64,000 nt of DNA. It comes from Escherichia phage HMD-P3. The notes under the pieces were generated by a model, which saw only the letters and a program-made list of their open reading frames with translations, was not told the DNA's origin and searched no databases. Every line of letters begins with the position of its first letter. Position 1 is the stretch's first letter. The DNA lies in the sequence record PQ462667.1, one strand, 5' to 3'. Positions 9,435 to 18,030 of the stretch are shown here, piece by piece. Position numbers and translations under genes: made by a program.

Positions 9435-9927
9435 TACTCCAATTATTTTTCTAGACATTGATGGGGTGCTCAATTCGAGCATCTCCCACCATCATGCACC
9501 TGATAATGAAAAGATTTTCTTTGGAAGTGACTGGGTTTTCAAACCGCTTCTCAAGGCTTTTCAGGACTTTATTCGTCCTTCTCCAATAATGATTGTTGGA
9601 GTATCATCTTGGTTCTCTGTCAGAAATGAGATGGAGAACGTTCAGATTATGACCGGATTAGGTCTTATCGATCGCTTTCTTGGTACAACGGATTTTACTG
9701 GTGGTGGATTATCTAGGGGTAATTCTGTTCTTCGTTTCGTCGAAAAGCATAAGCTCAAACATTGGTGTGTACTTGATGATGCGGGTGCTATGATGTATCA
9801 GTATCCAACGGTTATAGTCAACGGTAGAACTGGGATAAATCTTCAAGATTTAAAAGCTGTTAGCTATATGCTAGAATTTAGCCCAGATCTTGAAATGTGT
9901 AAATCCTTACAACAATTTAAGGTGTAA
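9415..9927 (+). CDS. HAD-superfamily phosphatase-like protein
   Basis: HAD motif I FLDIDGVLN at the N-terminus; 170 aa; overlaps the Sir2-like gene by 20 nt. Confidence 0.6.
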   Translation: MYQELSNTPIIFLDIDGVLNSSISHHHAPDNEKIFFGSDWVFKPLLKAFQDFIRPSPIMIVGVSSWFSVRNEMENVQIMTGLGLIDRFLGTTDFTGGGLSRGNSVLRFVEKHKLKHWCVLDDAGAMMYQYPTVIVNGRTGINLQDLKAVSYMLEFSPDLEMCKSLQQFKV

Positions 9928-9929
9928 AT

Positions 9930-10358
9930 ATGTTCAATAATGTATTCTCTAAAGAAGCTAACCCAATTTTGGTTAACTTTTGGCGTACTCTCCCGGCTAG
10001 CCTGTATAATGAGGCTATTAACTCCTTGAAAATATGGTGTGAGAATAACGAAATCTCTTTTGCTTTTAAAGATGATGTTGATGAGGCCCCTTGTATTGGT
10101 TTAAGTGTGCAGGTAGAGGAGGGTCTTGAAGAGATTGTCGGCTGGAAAGAGTTAGATGAAATGGGCTTAGTTTTTGCGTTAAACTATAAGCTGTTTATGC
10201 CTGCTAAGCATCGCCTCGTTGTTAACTATAAAACTAGTGAATCTCCTGGTTTTCAGGTTAATGAACGTTATGGTTGGTCTTACTCACCGGAAGAAGTAAA
10301 TGAGGGGATTCAGAAACTTCGACGTTTCGGGTATATAATCCCAGGTTTAACTGCTTAA
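9930..10358 (+). CDS. hypothetical protein, paralog A of a tandem pair
   Basis: Shares PCIG ... ELD-x-MGL-x-ALN ... PGL motifs with the next ORF. Confidence 0.6.
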   Translation: MFNNVFSKEANPILVNFWRTLPASLYNEAINSLKIWCENNEISFAFKDDVDEAPCIGLSVQVEEGLEEIVGWKELDEMGLVFALNYKLFMPAKHRLVVNYKTSESPGFQVNERYGWSYSPEEVNEGIQKLRRFGYIIPGLTA

Positions 10359-10367
10359 GGAGGCAGA

Positions 10368-10757
10368 ATGGAACAAGTATATTGGCGTCAGATTGACCCT
10401 AGTTTGGTGAAACGTGCGGAGAAGCTGCTACAACGTTGGTTGGGGGTAAGACAAGCCTCCTTTACTTTTCCGGAACAGCAAATAGATGACCCCTGCATTG
10501 GTGTTTTCCTGTCTGGATATGCCGGGGAATGGGAATTGGATTGGAATGAATTGTCTGCTATGGGCTTGATTGTTGCCCTAAACTTCTCTATATTCCATCC
10601 ACGTGGTTTGGCCATATGTCGTGTGCCGGATGATGGTTGTTCGCCCCATCTTTTACAGGTGGAAGATGATATTTGGGAGTACACTCCAGATATTCTCAAA
10701 GAAGCTAAAGAACAATTAAACCGTGTTGGGATCTATGTTCCGGGGTTAAGTGACTAA
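10368..10757 (+). CDS. hypothetical protein, paralog B of a tandem pair
   Basis: Same conserved blocks as 9930..10358 (DPCIGV, MGLIVALNF, PGLSD); AGGAG RBS upstream. Confidence 0.6.
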   Translation: MEQVYWRQIDPSLVKRAEKLLQRWLGVRQASFTFPEQQIDDPCIGVFLSGYAGEWELDWNELSAMGLIVALNFSIFHPRGLAICRVPDDGCSPHLLQVEDDIWEYTPDILKEAKEQLNRVGIYVPGLSD

Positions 10758-10851
10758 TGATTTTTATTAGCTGAACTCTGATTACCGAGTCATTTTGGCT
10801 CGGTTTTCTCTATGCTCAAGGACACTGATAGCACCTTTGGGAAAATTTTAC

Positions 10852-10880
10852 TTGCAGGATGCCCAAAATCTTGATATAAT
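10852..10880 (+). promoter_or_regulatory. strong sigma70-type promoter with extended -10 (TTGCAG, 17 bp, TGaTATAAT) with no ORF directly behind it
   Basis: -35 10852..10857, -10 10875..10880, followed by the T5-type downstream box ATTGAATTGAGAGA; the next convincing start codon is about 500 nt away. Confidence 0.6.
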
Positions 10881-11378
10881 ATTTATATTGAATTGAGAGA
10901 CATTAGTAAAAATTGATTTTGCTAATTTTTCTTGTTTACAATCCGCGATACGGAACAGTTAGGCTGCCCCATTAAGGGTTGTTTTAACTGTTACGTGTTA
11001 GTTTTTAAACAAATAATTAATAGAATACTTAGCGATCTACATCCCGTAGGAACCCTGGTAAGGCCTCGAAGCAACCTAGTGTGAGGTGGTTGTGAAGTGA
11101 GACGGGAAGAGTGAAAAACTCTGAGAAGTGATGACGTAAGGTATACTGCATCTAGTATGAGCTAGTATATGAAGCATTAGGTGAGCAAATCTGGCTTAGC
11201 GGCCATCCTCAAGGATTTGTGCGGTATAGTGAAGCGGCAGTGTAGCGTGAAAGGGGAAGTTGCCACCCCCCTTCAGTATTTGCGATTAATTGTTGAGAAA
11301 TTGACAGTAACAGTTGTTCTATTCTTTCTGAATAGTCCTAAAGAAAACTTATTTCATTTCCAACACAGGAGTATTGTT

Positions 11379-14168
11379 GTGTTCTCAATCCTACAAGGTC
11401 ATGCAGGATTTCATCGCGATTTAGCCACAGGCAATTGGCGGGAAGTTAAAGCAGAAAACTATCTTTTTGCTAAAAGATTTTCCTCAAAGCATCCTGAAGG
11501 TAAACCAGCTTCAATGCCCTTCAAGTTTGATGTAATTGATGAAGTTGATCCTCAAACCCTAGTAGAAATGCTCCCTCTTATGAGACGTTTAACGTCTGAC
11601 CCTCATATCGTTGCGGTACGAGGTCGATGTCTTGCACCTAAAAATAATGTGCGACGTAAGAAGGGCAACTTTAATGTATCTAACCCAAGTCATATAATTG
11701 CAATGGACGTGGATGGTATTGTAGATACAGGTGGTTGTAACAAGTTTGATCTTGTTGGCATGGCTCGACATATTATTAGAATGTTAAATAGTATTAGTGA
11801 GGATATGTTTCCTCTTGATGCAGGGTTTATCGCTCATGCATCGTCTTCGGCTGGGCTAAAACCAGGTATCCGAATGCACTTAATACTAGAATCTAATGTT
11901 AAAGTAACTCAGGGTCAAATCAAATTCTTATTTACATCTATCAACGAAAGTAGTAGACAAAAGTATGGCTTTGATATTGCCGACTTAGCTTATTACTCTT
12001 CCGTACAGCTCCATTATTTTGCAGATCCGTTATTTACTGATGGTATAGTAGATCCGTTTAAAGCGGAGGGTGCTTCACGTCTGGTATTTGTTAAGGGTTC
12101 TAAGGTAAACTTACCCAATAATCTGGTTGATTATGAAACAACTAGAGGTGAGTTTAAAGAGGAGTTTTACTCTTTACTCGACCAAATTAAGGGTAAAAAA
12201 GCTGCCTCTGATAAAGTAGAGGAAACTATCAGCGAACTAGAAGAAGCTGAGGATGGAGTGTACCTACGTATCATACCTAAACTCTATCACAGAGCTTTAG
12301 AGGATGGTGTTGATTTTGCGTGGCTAGAAAAAGAAATCCGTCCAGCCTTATCAGAATATATTGCAACTAAAGATAATAGTCGTAATATTCAAGATTACTT
12401 TAATAACGGTCGTAAACAGGCTCTGAAAGCGTTTGTTAATAATTCTAAACGCGATATACCTGATGTTTTAAAAGGTATTCCACTTAAAAAGCTAGAAACT
12501 AATTCTTTAGAAACTGATAACTTCTTGAAATTAAATACTGTACCACCAGAAGGTTATATGACTTTTGTAAAAGCAAGTCTAGGTACAGGTAAAACTACGG
12601 CGGTTGTGCGTTGGTTAGATTCAGGAGTTATTAAGGGTAATTTCTTAGCAATTACCAATACTCGAGCACTGGTATCTTCAAATGCTAAGAAATTTAGTGC
12701 AGGACAATATGATAAGTCTGTAGATATGCTTAATTTTAAGCGTGGCGCTATTGACCGTATGTCCACAACTATTCACTCTTTGCATAAGTTCAAGAGTTTT
12801 ATTGGTCAAATCGATGCAATCTTTATCGATGAATGTGATGCTGTAATGAATGACCTATTATTCGCCCCGGTTGTTAAACAACGTCGTGAATGTATTCAGG
12901 TTCTTCGGGATATTCTTGCAACTGCAAAAATCATTATATTATCTGATGGGGATATTAGTGCTGAAACAATTGAAGCATATGGTTCTTTGATTGAGTTTGA
13001 TAAACCGGTTGCATTTTATAATCACCACCGTAAGATGCTGTCAAAAGCTCATGCTTATGAATTCCCTGATGAATCCAGTATTTGGGTTGCACTTCAGACT
13101 TCTCTAGAGATGGGTGAGAAGTCTATCCTAGTATCTGACTGTGGTCCAGATGAACTGAATGAGAAGGGTATGGCATTGCGTCGTAATACGGGTGCGTTAG
13201 TTAAGGAAATCCACTCAAACTCTACGTCTGATGTAGATATTCGACGTATTCTGGATTACACAACTAATGAGCTAATTGACCAACAAATTGATTGCTTATT
13301 ATGTAGTCCATCCGTAACGAGTGGTGTTGACTTTAACTATTTTGATAACGTATTCGTTATCACTAGAACCTCAAACCAAGCGCCAAACATGCGTTTTCAA
13401 GCAATCAGGCGCGACCGTGGCGCTCAGAACATTTATTATTTTATTGATAAATCTACGAGTGGATTCTCCGCAGGTTCTGAACAATATAACATTGATGAAG
13501 GTTGGCTGGAGTTAGCACAGCAATTATACGCACGTCGTAGGGAGCTGGAATCTAGGAACTATACTAGTACTTTACGTTATTACTTGCTTGATCAGGGTGC
13601 AACTATTGATATTTTCAGTGAAAGCTGGGGAACTATCGAAGGTGCAGGAAAAGAGTATACGGAAGAGCGAATCAAAGCTATTTTGTATTCAACTCCTGAT
13701 TATTGTGCTCCACGCCATGCAGATGCGTATGAGGCTAAACTACTTCTTGTTCGCTATTATCATCTTGAGTCTATTAAAGATGTAACAGTTGAGCACGTTG
13801 AACAATATATCAAGGATAAACCGAATGATCGAGCTGCATTCTTCCATAAGATGCACGAGATGTTCTGGGAAGATATTAAGAAGTGTTCAAATGTCACTAT
13901 CAAACCATTCATAGAAGCTCTGAAAGGTAAGAAGAAAGATTTCTTCCTTAAAACAGGTCAGAGTGCTAACCCAAAATATGCAAGAATGTATCTTGGTATG
14001 ATGGGTATTGGTAAGGATATGAACACTGAAAATATTGTAGACTGGTACAGAACCTATTGTAAAATCGAGTGTATGCCAATCCCGTATAAGTTTATGACTG
14101 ATGAGGAGAAACATATGCATGATGAAGCAATGGCAGAGCTAGGTGCTAGAAATGACAGTGAAGAATAA
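11379..14168 (+). CDS. replication ATPase / helicase-like protein (putative origin-binding protein)
   Basis: Walker A SLGTGKTT and Walker B IFIDECD in the middle of a protein of about 930 aa. Start placed at GTG 11379 (AGGAG RBS 7 nt upstream); the longest ORF begins at 11181 but that extension has no RBS. Confidence 0.7.
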   Translation: MFSILQGHAGFHRDLATGNWREVKAENYLFAKRFSSKHPEGKPASMPFKFDVIDEVDPQTLVEMLPLMRRLTSDPHIVAVRGRCLAPKNNVRRKKGNFNVSNPSHIIAMDVDGIVDTGGCNKFDLVGMARHIIRMLNSISEDMFPLDAGFIAHASSSAGLKPGIRMHLILESNVKVTQGQIKFLFTSINESSRQKYGFDIADLAYYSSVQLHYFADPLFTDGIVDPFKAEGASRLVFVKGSKVNLPNNLVDYETTRGEFKEEFYSLLDQIKGKKAASDKVEETISELEEAEDGVYLRIIPKLYHRALEDGVDFAWLEKEIRPALSEYIATKDNSRNIQDYFNNGRKQALKAFVNNSKRDIPDVLKGIPLKKLETNSLETDNFLKLNTVPPEGYMTFVKASLGTGKTTAVVRWLDSGVIKGNFLAITNTRALVSSNAKKFSAGQYDKSVDMLNFKRGAIDRMSTTIHSLHKFKSFIGQIDAIFIDECDAVMNDLLFAPVVKQRRECIQVLRDILATAKIIILSDGDISAETIEAYGSLIEFDKPVAFYNHHRKMLSKAHAYEFPDESSIWVALQTSLEMGEKSILVSDCGPDELNEKGMALRRNTGALVKEIHSNSTSDVDIRRILDYTTNELIDQQIDCLLCSPSVTSGVDFNYFDNVFVITRTSNQAPNMRFQAIRRDRGAQNIYYFIDKSTSGFSAGSEQYNIDEGWLELAQQLYARRRELESRNYTSTLRYYLLDQGATIDIFSESWGTIEGAGKEYTEERIKAILYSTPDYCAPRHADAYEAKLLLVRYYHLESIKDVTVEHVEQYIKDKPNDRAAFFHKMHEMFWEDIKKCSNVTIKPFIEALKGKKKDFFLKTGQSANPKYARMYLGMMGIGKDMNTENIVDWYRTYCKIECMPIPYKFMTDEEKHMHDEAMAELGARNDSEE

Positions 14169-14385
14169 AAAATGGGAAACAAGGAAGTTCCCAGTAAAAG
14201 AACGTAAAGTTCCTGTTTACGACACTTCGGAAAAGCTATGTAGGGTGGTACCGCATAGATTAGTTGGCATCCCTAACATATCCGAGTGGTTACTTAAACA
14301 ACGGAAAACAAACGTGTCTCTTCGCATCGGCTTTGAGTTAGATAAAGTCTATGCTGAACTTGCTTCTTTGCTCAAGGAATCGTAA
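14143..14385 (+). CDS. hypothetical small protein
   Basis: ORF overlapping the end of the helicase-like gene; start uncertain. Confidence 0.4.
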   Translation: MLEMTVKNKKWETRKFPVKERKVPVYDTSEKLCRVVPHRLVGIPNISEWLLKQRKTNVSLRIGFELDKVYAELASLLKES

Positions 14386-14393
14386 AAATTTAT

Positions 14394-14422
14394 TTGCTTT
14401 CAGGAAAATTTTTCTGTATAAT
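14394..14422 (+). promoter_or_regulatory. T5-type early promoter
   Basis: TTGCTT 14394..14399, 17 bp, TATAAT 14417..14422, then AGATTTATAAATTTGAGAGAGGAG and ATG 14454. Confidence 0.65.
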
Positions 14423-14453
14423 AGATTTATAAATTTGAGAGAGGAGTTTAAAT

Positions 14454-15158
14454 ATGGCTGGTTCTCGTAGAAAGAAACACATTCATGAAATCCCGGATGA
14501 AGTCTTTAAAAAGGTTATAGAGCATCTGGAGAACGGTGGTACTAAGAAAGCAGCATGTGAAATGCTCGGCGTATCGTCCAATCCAACTATGGAAAGGATG
14601 ATTGAAGAATGGCAAGACCGCCAGATCCAAGTTGCCGAAATGAAGAAAAAGAAACGTGGCACACTTATTGAAGGCATCGAGTTAGCTAACGTTATTGAGC
14701 AGTATTTATCTGGTGATTCTTTTGAAGAAATTGCCGATCGTAATTATCGCTCTGTAGCAATGGTTAAATCTGTTCTGGAACGATACGGTGCTCTACTTCG
14801 TTTGAATGATATTGTAGATCCATTGAATCCTCCGATTATTCCTGATGATGCTGTAGCAGAAGAATTTGCAGTTGGTGAACTTGTTTGGGTTCCTGGATAC
14901 CAGTGTATCGGTGAAATCAAAAAAGCAATGGATAATCCTGTTGGTTGCTACCGTGTATGGCTTCTATCAGAAGGCAAACAACAGAACGTCCATTATATGA
15001 ATTACGAGCTGGCTTCTGTTAAACATCTGGAAAAGTTAGGGGTAGACGTAAAATCTCTGGGGTATAAATGGACTCGTGAAGAAATTATTACGTTGATTAA
15101 CGAAGCTGTTAAGGCTGCCCTGAAACTTGATAAAGAAAAAGGAAAACGCCGTGAGTAA
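14454..15158 (+). CDS. putative HTH DNA-binding / regulatory protein
   Basis: N-terminal HTH-like segment GGTKKAACEMLGVS and a second EEIADRNYRSVAMVKSVLERYG motif; 234 aa. Confidence 0.55.
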   Translation: MAGSRRKKHIHEIPDEVFKKVIEHLENGGTKKAACEMLGVSSNPTMERMIEEWQDRQIQVAEMKKKKRGTLIEGIELANVIEQYLSGDSFEEIADRNYRSVAMVKSVLERYGALLRLNDIVDPLNPPIIPDDAVAEEFAVGELVWVPGYQCIGEIKKAMDNPVGCYRVWLLSEGKQQNVHYMNYELASVKHLEKLGVDVKSLGYKWTREEIITLINEAVKAALKLDKEKGKRRE

Positions 15159-15381
15159 ACTAACAGATTTGCTTAAAGATGGAGATGTAAAATATCTCCA
15201 GCGTGATAGTTGGGAAAATAATAAATACTTTACAGTGGTTTTAGAATTTAACGTAGGGCAGGGTACAGTGACCGAACATGTGTGGGAGAACGGTATGGAA
15301 TCCCCACTTATCCGTCAAGTAAACCTTACCCTAGACGAGGCTCTGGCCGACGATTGGGAGATCATTGAGCTAGATGTGTAG
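15151..15381 (+). CDS. hypothetical small protein
   Basis: GTG 15151 with AAGGAAAA RBS overlapping the upstream stop; longest ORF from 15127. Confidence 0.45.
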   Translation: MSKLTDLLKDGDVKYLQRDSWENNKYFTVVLEFNVGQGTVTEHVWENGMESPLIRQVNLTLDEALADDWEIIELDV

Positions 15382-15401
15382 CAATTACAGAAAAATTTCA
15401 G

Positions 15402-15430
15402 TTGCTTAATCCTATAATTCTTGATATAAT
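15402..15430 (+). promoter_or_regulatory. T5-type early promoter with extended -10
   Basis: TTGCTT 15402..15407, 17 bp, TGaTATAAT (TATAAT 15425..15430); ATG 15488. Confidence 0.6.
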
Positions 15431-15487
15431 ATTCTCATAGTTTGAAAGAACTATTCTGTTTAATTCTTAATTAAGGAAATATAAAAT

Positions 15488-15898
15488 ATGACTACTCCAA
15501 CTCAGTGGACTGATGAACTGTTCGAAAAAATGTCTTCCGAATACGTTGCTCGTATGGAGCAATTCCCAGAGGATGAACGTCCGGGTGTTAGCATGGAAAT
15601 TGTTAGCGAAATTGCCCAGGAAAATGGTGTAACTCCGAACGGTTTTCGTATGAAGCTGACTAAAGCAGGTTTGTATATCAAGAAAGCTGCTGGCTCTGCT
15701 TCTAAATCTAGCGCATCTACTGGAGAAAAAGCTTCTGGTGGTTCTCGTACTTCCAAAGCCCAGGCGCATGCAGATCTTCGTTCAGCGTTCTCTGATGCTG
15801 GCCTAGCACCAGATTTTCTGGATGATGCAATTATCGACAAACTGACCGGTAAAGCGGCTGCTCATCTGGCAGAAGCAATCCGAGCTATCACTAAGTAA
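15488..15898 (+). CDS. hypothetical protein with strongly host-optimised codon usage and one HTH-like motif
   Basis: 136 aa; codons dominated by CTG, CGT, GCT, GGT; motif VSEIAQENGVTPNGFRMKLTKAGL resembles the repeats of ORF 18803..19570. Confidence 0.6.
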   Translation: MTTPTQWTDELFEKMSSEYVARMEQFPEDERPGVSMEIVSEIAQENGVTPNGFRMKLTKAGLYIKKAAGSASKSSASTGEKASGGSRTSKAQAHADLRSAFSDAGLAPDFLDDAIIDKLTGKAAAHLAEAIRAITK

Positions 15899-15934
15899 TT
15901 TTTAGATAAATCCACCAACAAAAGGAACACAGTT

Positions 15935-16231
15935 ATGACCAAAGCTGAAATTATCGCACAATGTGAAAAATTTGGTGAGTTTTATCTTCATTACGAGAAA
16001 CTTCGTCAGAAAGGAACCACGTACCTTCAGGGTACGATGGAATTTGATCCAGCCCAAGATAAATATCTGGCTGAGCGTATTAAACGTGAACGTATTCGTA
16101 AAGCGAAAGATGATGAAATCCTTGTCTTCTCTCGTACTAATGATAGCTTCCGTTTTATTCCTGTCGAGAAAGTCCGTCGTGTGACTAGCCTCCAATCAGA
16201 GTTAGATCGTGCTTCTCCAGTAGGCCGATAA
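15935..16231 (+). CDS. hypothetical protein (98 aa)
   Basis: AAAGGAAC RBS upstream of the ATG; followed by a terminator. Confidence 0.55.
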   Translation: MTKAEIIAQCEKFGEFYLHYEKLRQKGTTYLQGTMEFDPAQDKYLAERIKRERIRKAKDDEILVFSRTNDSFRFIPVEKVRRVTSLQSELDRASPVGR

Positions 16232-16241
16232 GAAACCAATT

Positions 16242-16265
16242 AGCCCCTATATGGGGCTTTTTGTG
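16242..16265 (+). terminator. rho-independent terminator
   Basis: AGCCCC-TATAT-GGGGCT hairpin followed by TTTTTGTG. Confidence 0.6.
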
Positions 16266-16281
16266 TATTTGGGATATGTAA

Positions 16282-16590
16282 ATGAGCGAACAGGTAAATC
16301 AAAACTATGAAGGACACGTTGATGACCAGTCCATCATACTTTGGGAGAAGGAGGGAGAACAAGTAAGATTAACAGTATCTGAATTTCGTGGGAATCTATA
16401 CATGGGTATTCGTTACTGGCTTCTTGATATTAATGATGAATGGTTTCCAACGAAATCTGGCTTCTCTTTTCCTTACACCCTAGAAACAACATCACAGCTT
16501 TTCTATGCGTTTACACAGATTCTTAGCGAATCTGAGGTTTTACATGAAGTACAGAAACGAGCTGAAGAACTCAAAGCCAAGAATGCCTAG
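16282..16590 (+). CDS. hypothetical protein (102 aa)
   Basis: ORF with start directly after the terminator; no recognisable motif. Confidence 0.55.
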   Translation: MSEQVNQNYEGHVDDQSIILWEKEGEQVRLTVSEFRGNLYMGIRYWLLDINDEWFPTKSGFSFPYTLETTSQLFYAFTQILSESEVLHEVQKRAEELKAKNA

Positions 16591-16605
16591 TTCTTGGCTT
16601 TTTCT
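16574..16605 (+). terminator. rho-independent terminator overlapping the stop codon
   Basis: 10-bp stem AAGCCAAGAA / TTCTTGGCTT with loop TGCCTAG, then TTTTT. Confidence 0.6.
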
Positions 16606-16617
16606 TTATAAATGTAT

Positions 16618-16646
16618 TTGCTTTCAACTCAGTTTTGTTATATAAT
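16618..16646 (+). promoter_or_regulatory. T5-type early promoter
   Basis: TTGCTT 16618..16623, 17 bp, TATAAT 16641..16646, then TTTATATAAATTGATGAGAGGA box. Confidence 0.65.
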
Positions 16647-16675
16647 ATTTATATAAATTGATGAGAGGATCAATT

Positions 16676-16864
16676 ATGAACATAACACTTCCAAAAATTC
16701 AAGCAAAGTTAAACCTAGTATCAACTGCTAGAAATAACTATCTAGATAACTTTGGTGGAATCAACGATAAAGCGTACAAAGATGCGTGGTTGAAAGAAGC
16801 GCAAGAGTTAGCCGATCTCACTACTCAGTATAGTAAAGAACTACAGGTAGAAATGAATGACTAA
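16676..16864 (+). CDS. hypothetical small protein (62 aa)
   Basis: ATG 16676 after GAGAGGA RBS; the upstream ATG at 16658 lies inside the promoter downstream box. Confidence 0.5.
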   Translation: MNITLPKIQAKLNLVSTARNNYLDNFGGINDKAYKDAWLKEAQELADLTTQYSKELQVEMND

Positions 16865-17828
16865 TGTAAAAGACTTTATTAAACGTTGTCAAGAAGCATA
16901 TTACCAGGGAATGTCTTTAATCTCTGACGAAGAATATGATCGTCTGATTAAAAGATTTCCGTTAGAAGAAGAGATCGGGCCTAAGGGTGATATTCCACAT
17001 CTGTATCGTATGTATTCTTTACAGAAAGTTTATTATAATCGTGGAGATAAACCTCCGTTTAACCCATTAGGTCAGGTAGAAACTGATAAGTTAGATGGTT
17101 GTGCGATTTCTCTGTTATATATTAATGGCGAATTTGTTCAAGCACTAACTCGTGGTAATGGTATTCTAGGGAACGATGTCACAAGCAACGTAAGATTGCT
17201 GAACATTCCTAAAAAGATTTCCCAAAAAGTACCTACTCAAATCACTGGTGAAGTTCTAATTACAAAAGAAGTAGAAAATAAACGTAACTTTGCCTCTGGT
17301 GCTATTAACCTCAAAGATAGTGATGATTTCGTACAGCGTATCGGAGAAGGTGGTTTAATCTTCGTTGCATACGGTATCCAGTGTTCTGGTGAATCTGTAG
17401 GTATTACAGAAACGTATTTAAAAGATATGCTTTGGCTAGAGAATGAGAACTTCTTAACAGTTGTTAATGTGCGTTCCTTCTTTAAGTGGATTCCAACGGA
17501 TGGTAAAGTTGTTCGTATTAATGACAACAACAAATTCTTCCGAGAAGGCTGGACTAATAAATTTCCTCGTGGAGCATTCGCTATTAAAGAGGATGAAGAA
17601 GGTGAGATTACTACTCTTACTAAAGTTGAATGGCAGGTAGGGGCTTCTGGTAAAGTAACTCCAGTTGGTTATTTCGAACCGGTAATTATTGATGATGCTA
17701 CAATTGTTAAGGCGACTCTTAATAACGTTGATTATATTAACTCTCTCGATCTAGAGATCGGTTGCCAGATTCGAGTAATTCGTGCTGGTGGTGTAATCCC
17801 GTGCATAGTAGAGCGAGTATACGATTAA
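16857..17828 (+). CDS. NAD-dependent DNA ligase, N-terminal (adenylation/OB) part encoded as a separate ORF
   Basis: Ligase motif I KLDG (ETDKLDGCAISLLY) and adenylation-domain-like sequence; ends in a stop with a 200-bp gap before the C-terminal part. Confidence 0.75.
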   Translation: MTNVKDFIKRCQEAYYQGMSLISDEEYDRLIKRFPLEEEIGPKGDIPHLYRMYSLQKVYYNRGDKPPFNPLGQVETDKLDGCAISLLYINGEFVQALTRGNGILGNDVTSNVRLLNIPKKISQKVPTQITGEVLITKEVENKRNFASGAINLKDSDDFVQRIGEGGLIFVAYGIQCSGESVGITETYLKDMLWLENENFLTVVNVRSFFKWIPTDGKVVRINDNNKFFREGWTNKFPRGAFAIKEDEEGEITTLTKVEWQVGASGKVTPVGYFEPVIIDDATIVKATLNNVDYINSLDLEIGCQIRVIRAGGVIPCIVERVYD

Positions 17829-17878
17829 TACATAACCCTTTGCTACCCATCTACCATATCGGAATTATAAAGTGGTTA

Positions 17879-17907
17879 TTGACATTTTCGCCGCTTAGGT
17901 ATATACT
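17879..17907 (+). promoter_or_regulatory. sigma70-type promoter inside the ligase inter-ORF spacer
   Basis: TTGACA 17879..17884, 17 bp, TATACT 17902..17907. Confidence 0.5.
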
Positions 17908-17971
17908 ATTATCATTCAGTTGAGGGATAGAAAGTTATGGCGAGGGTAAGCAAAGTTAGTTAAAATTGTAG

Positions 17972-18000
17972 TTGCTAAATGCTTAAATACTTGCTATAAT
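17972..18000 (+). promoter_or_regulatory. T5-type early promoter upstream of the ligase C-terminal ORF
   Basis: TTGCTA 17972..17977, 17 bp, TATAAT 17995..18000, then ATTTATATAAATTGATAAGGAAG. Confidence 0.6.
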
Positions 18001-18030
18001 ATTTATATAAATTGATAAGGAAGAAATTTG

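Noticed and set aside
10921-11180. Possible tRNA or tmRNA in the large intergenic region
   Set aside because: I found no cloverleaf and no T-loop-like GTTCGAATCC-type sequence; the T5-type tRNA cluster is expected outside this window.
11181-11378. N-terminal 66-codon extension of the helicase-like ORF
   Set aside because: No RBS at 11181 and the region lies in a promoter-driven leader; GTG 11379 with AGGAG 7 nt upstream is the more plausible start, though translation of the extension cannot be excluded from sequence alone.
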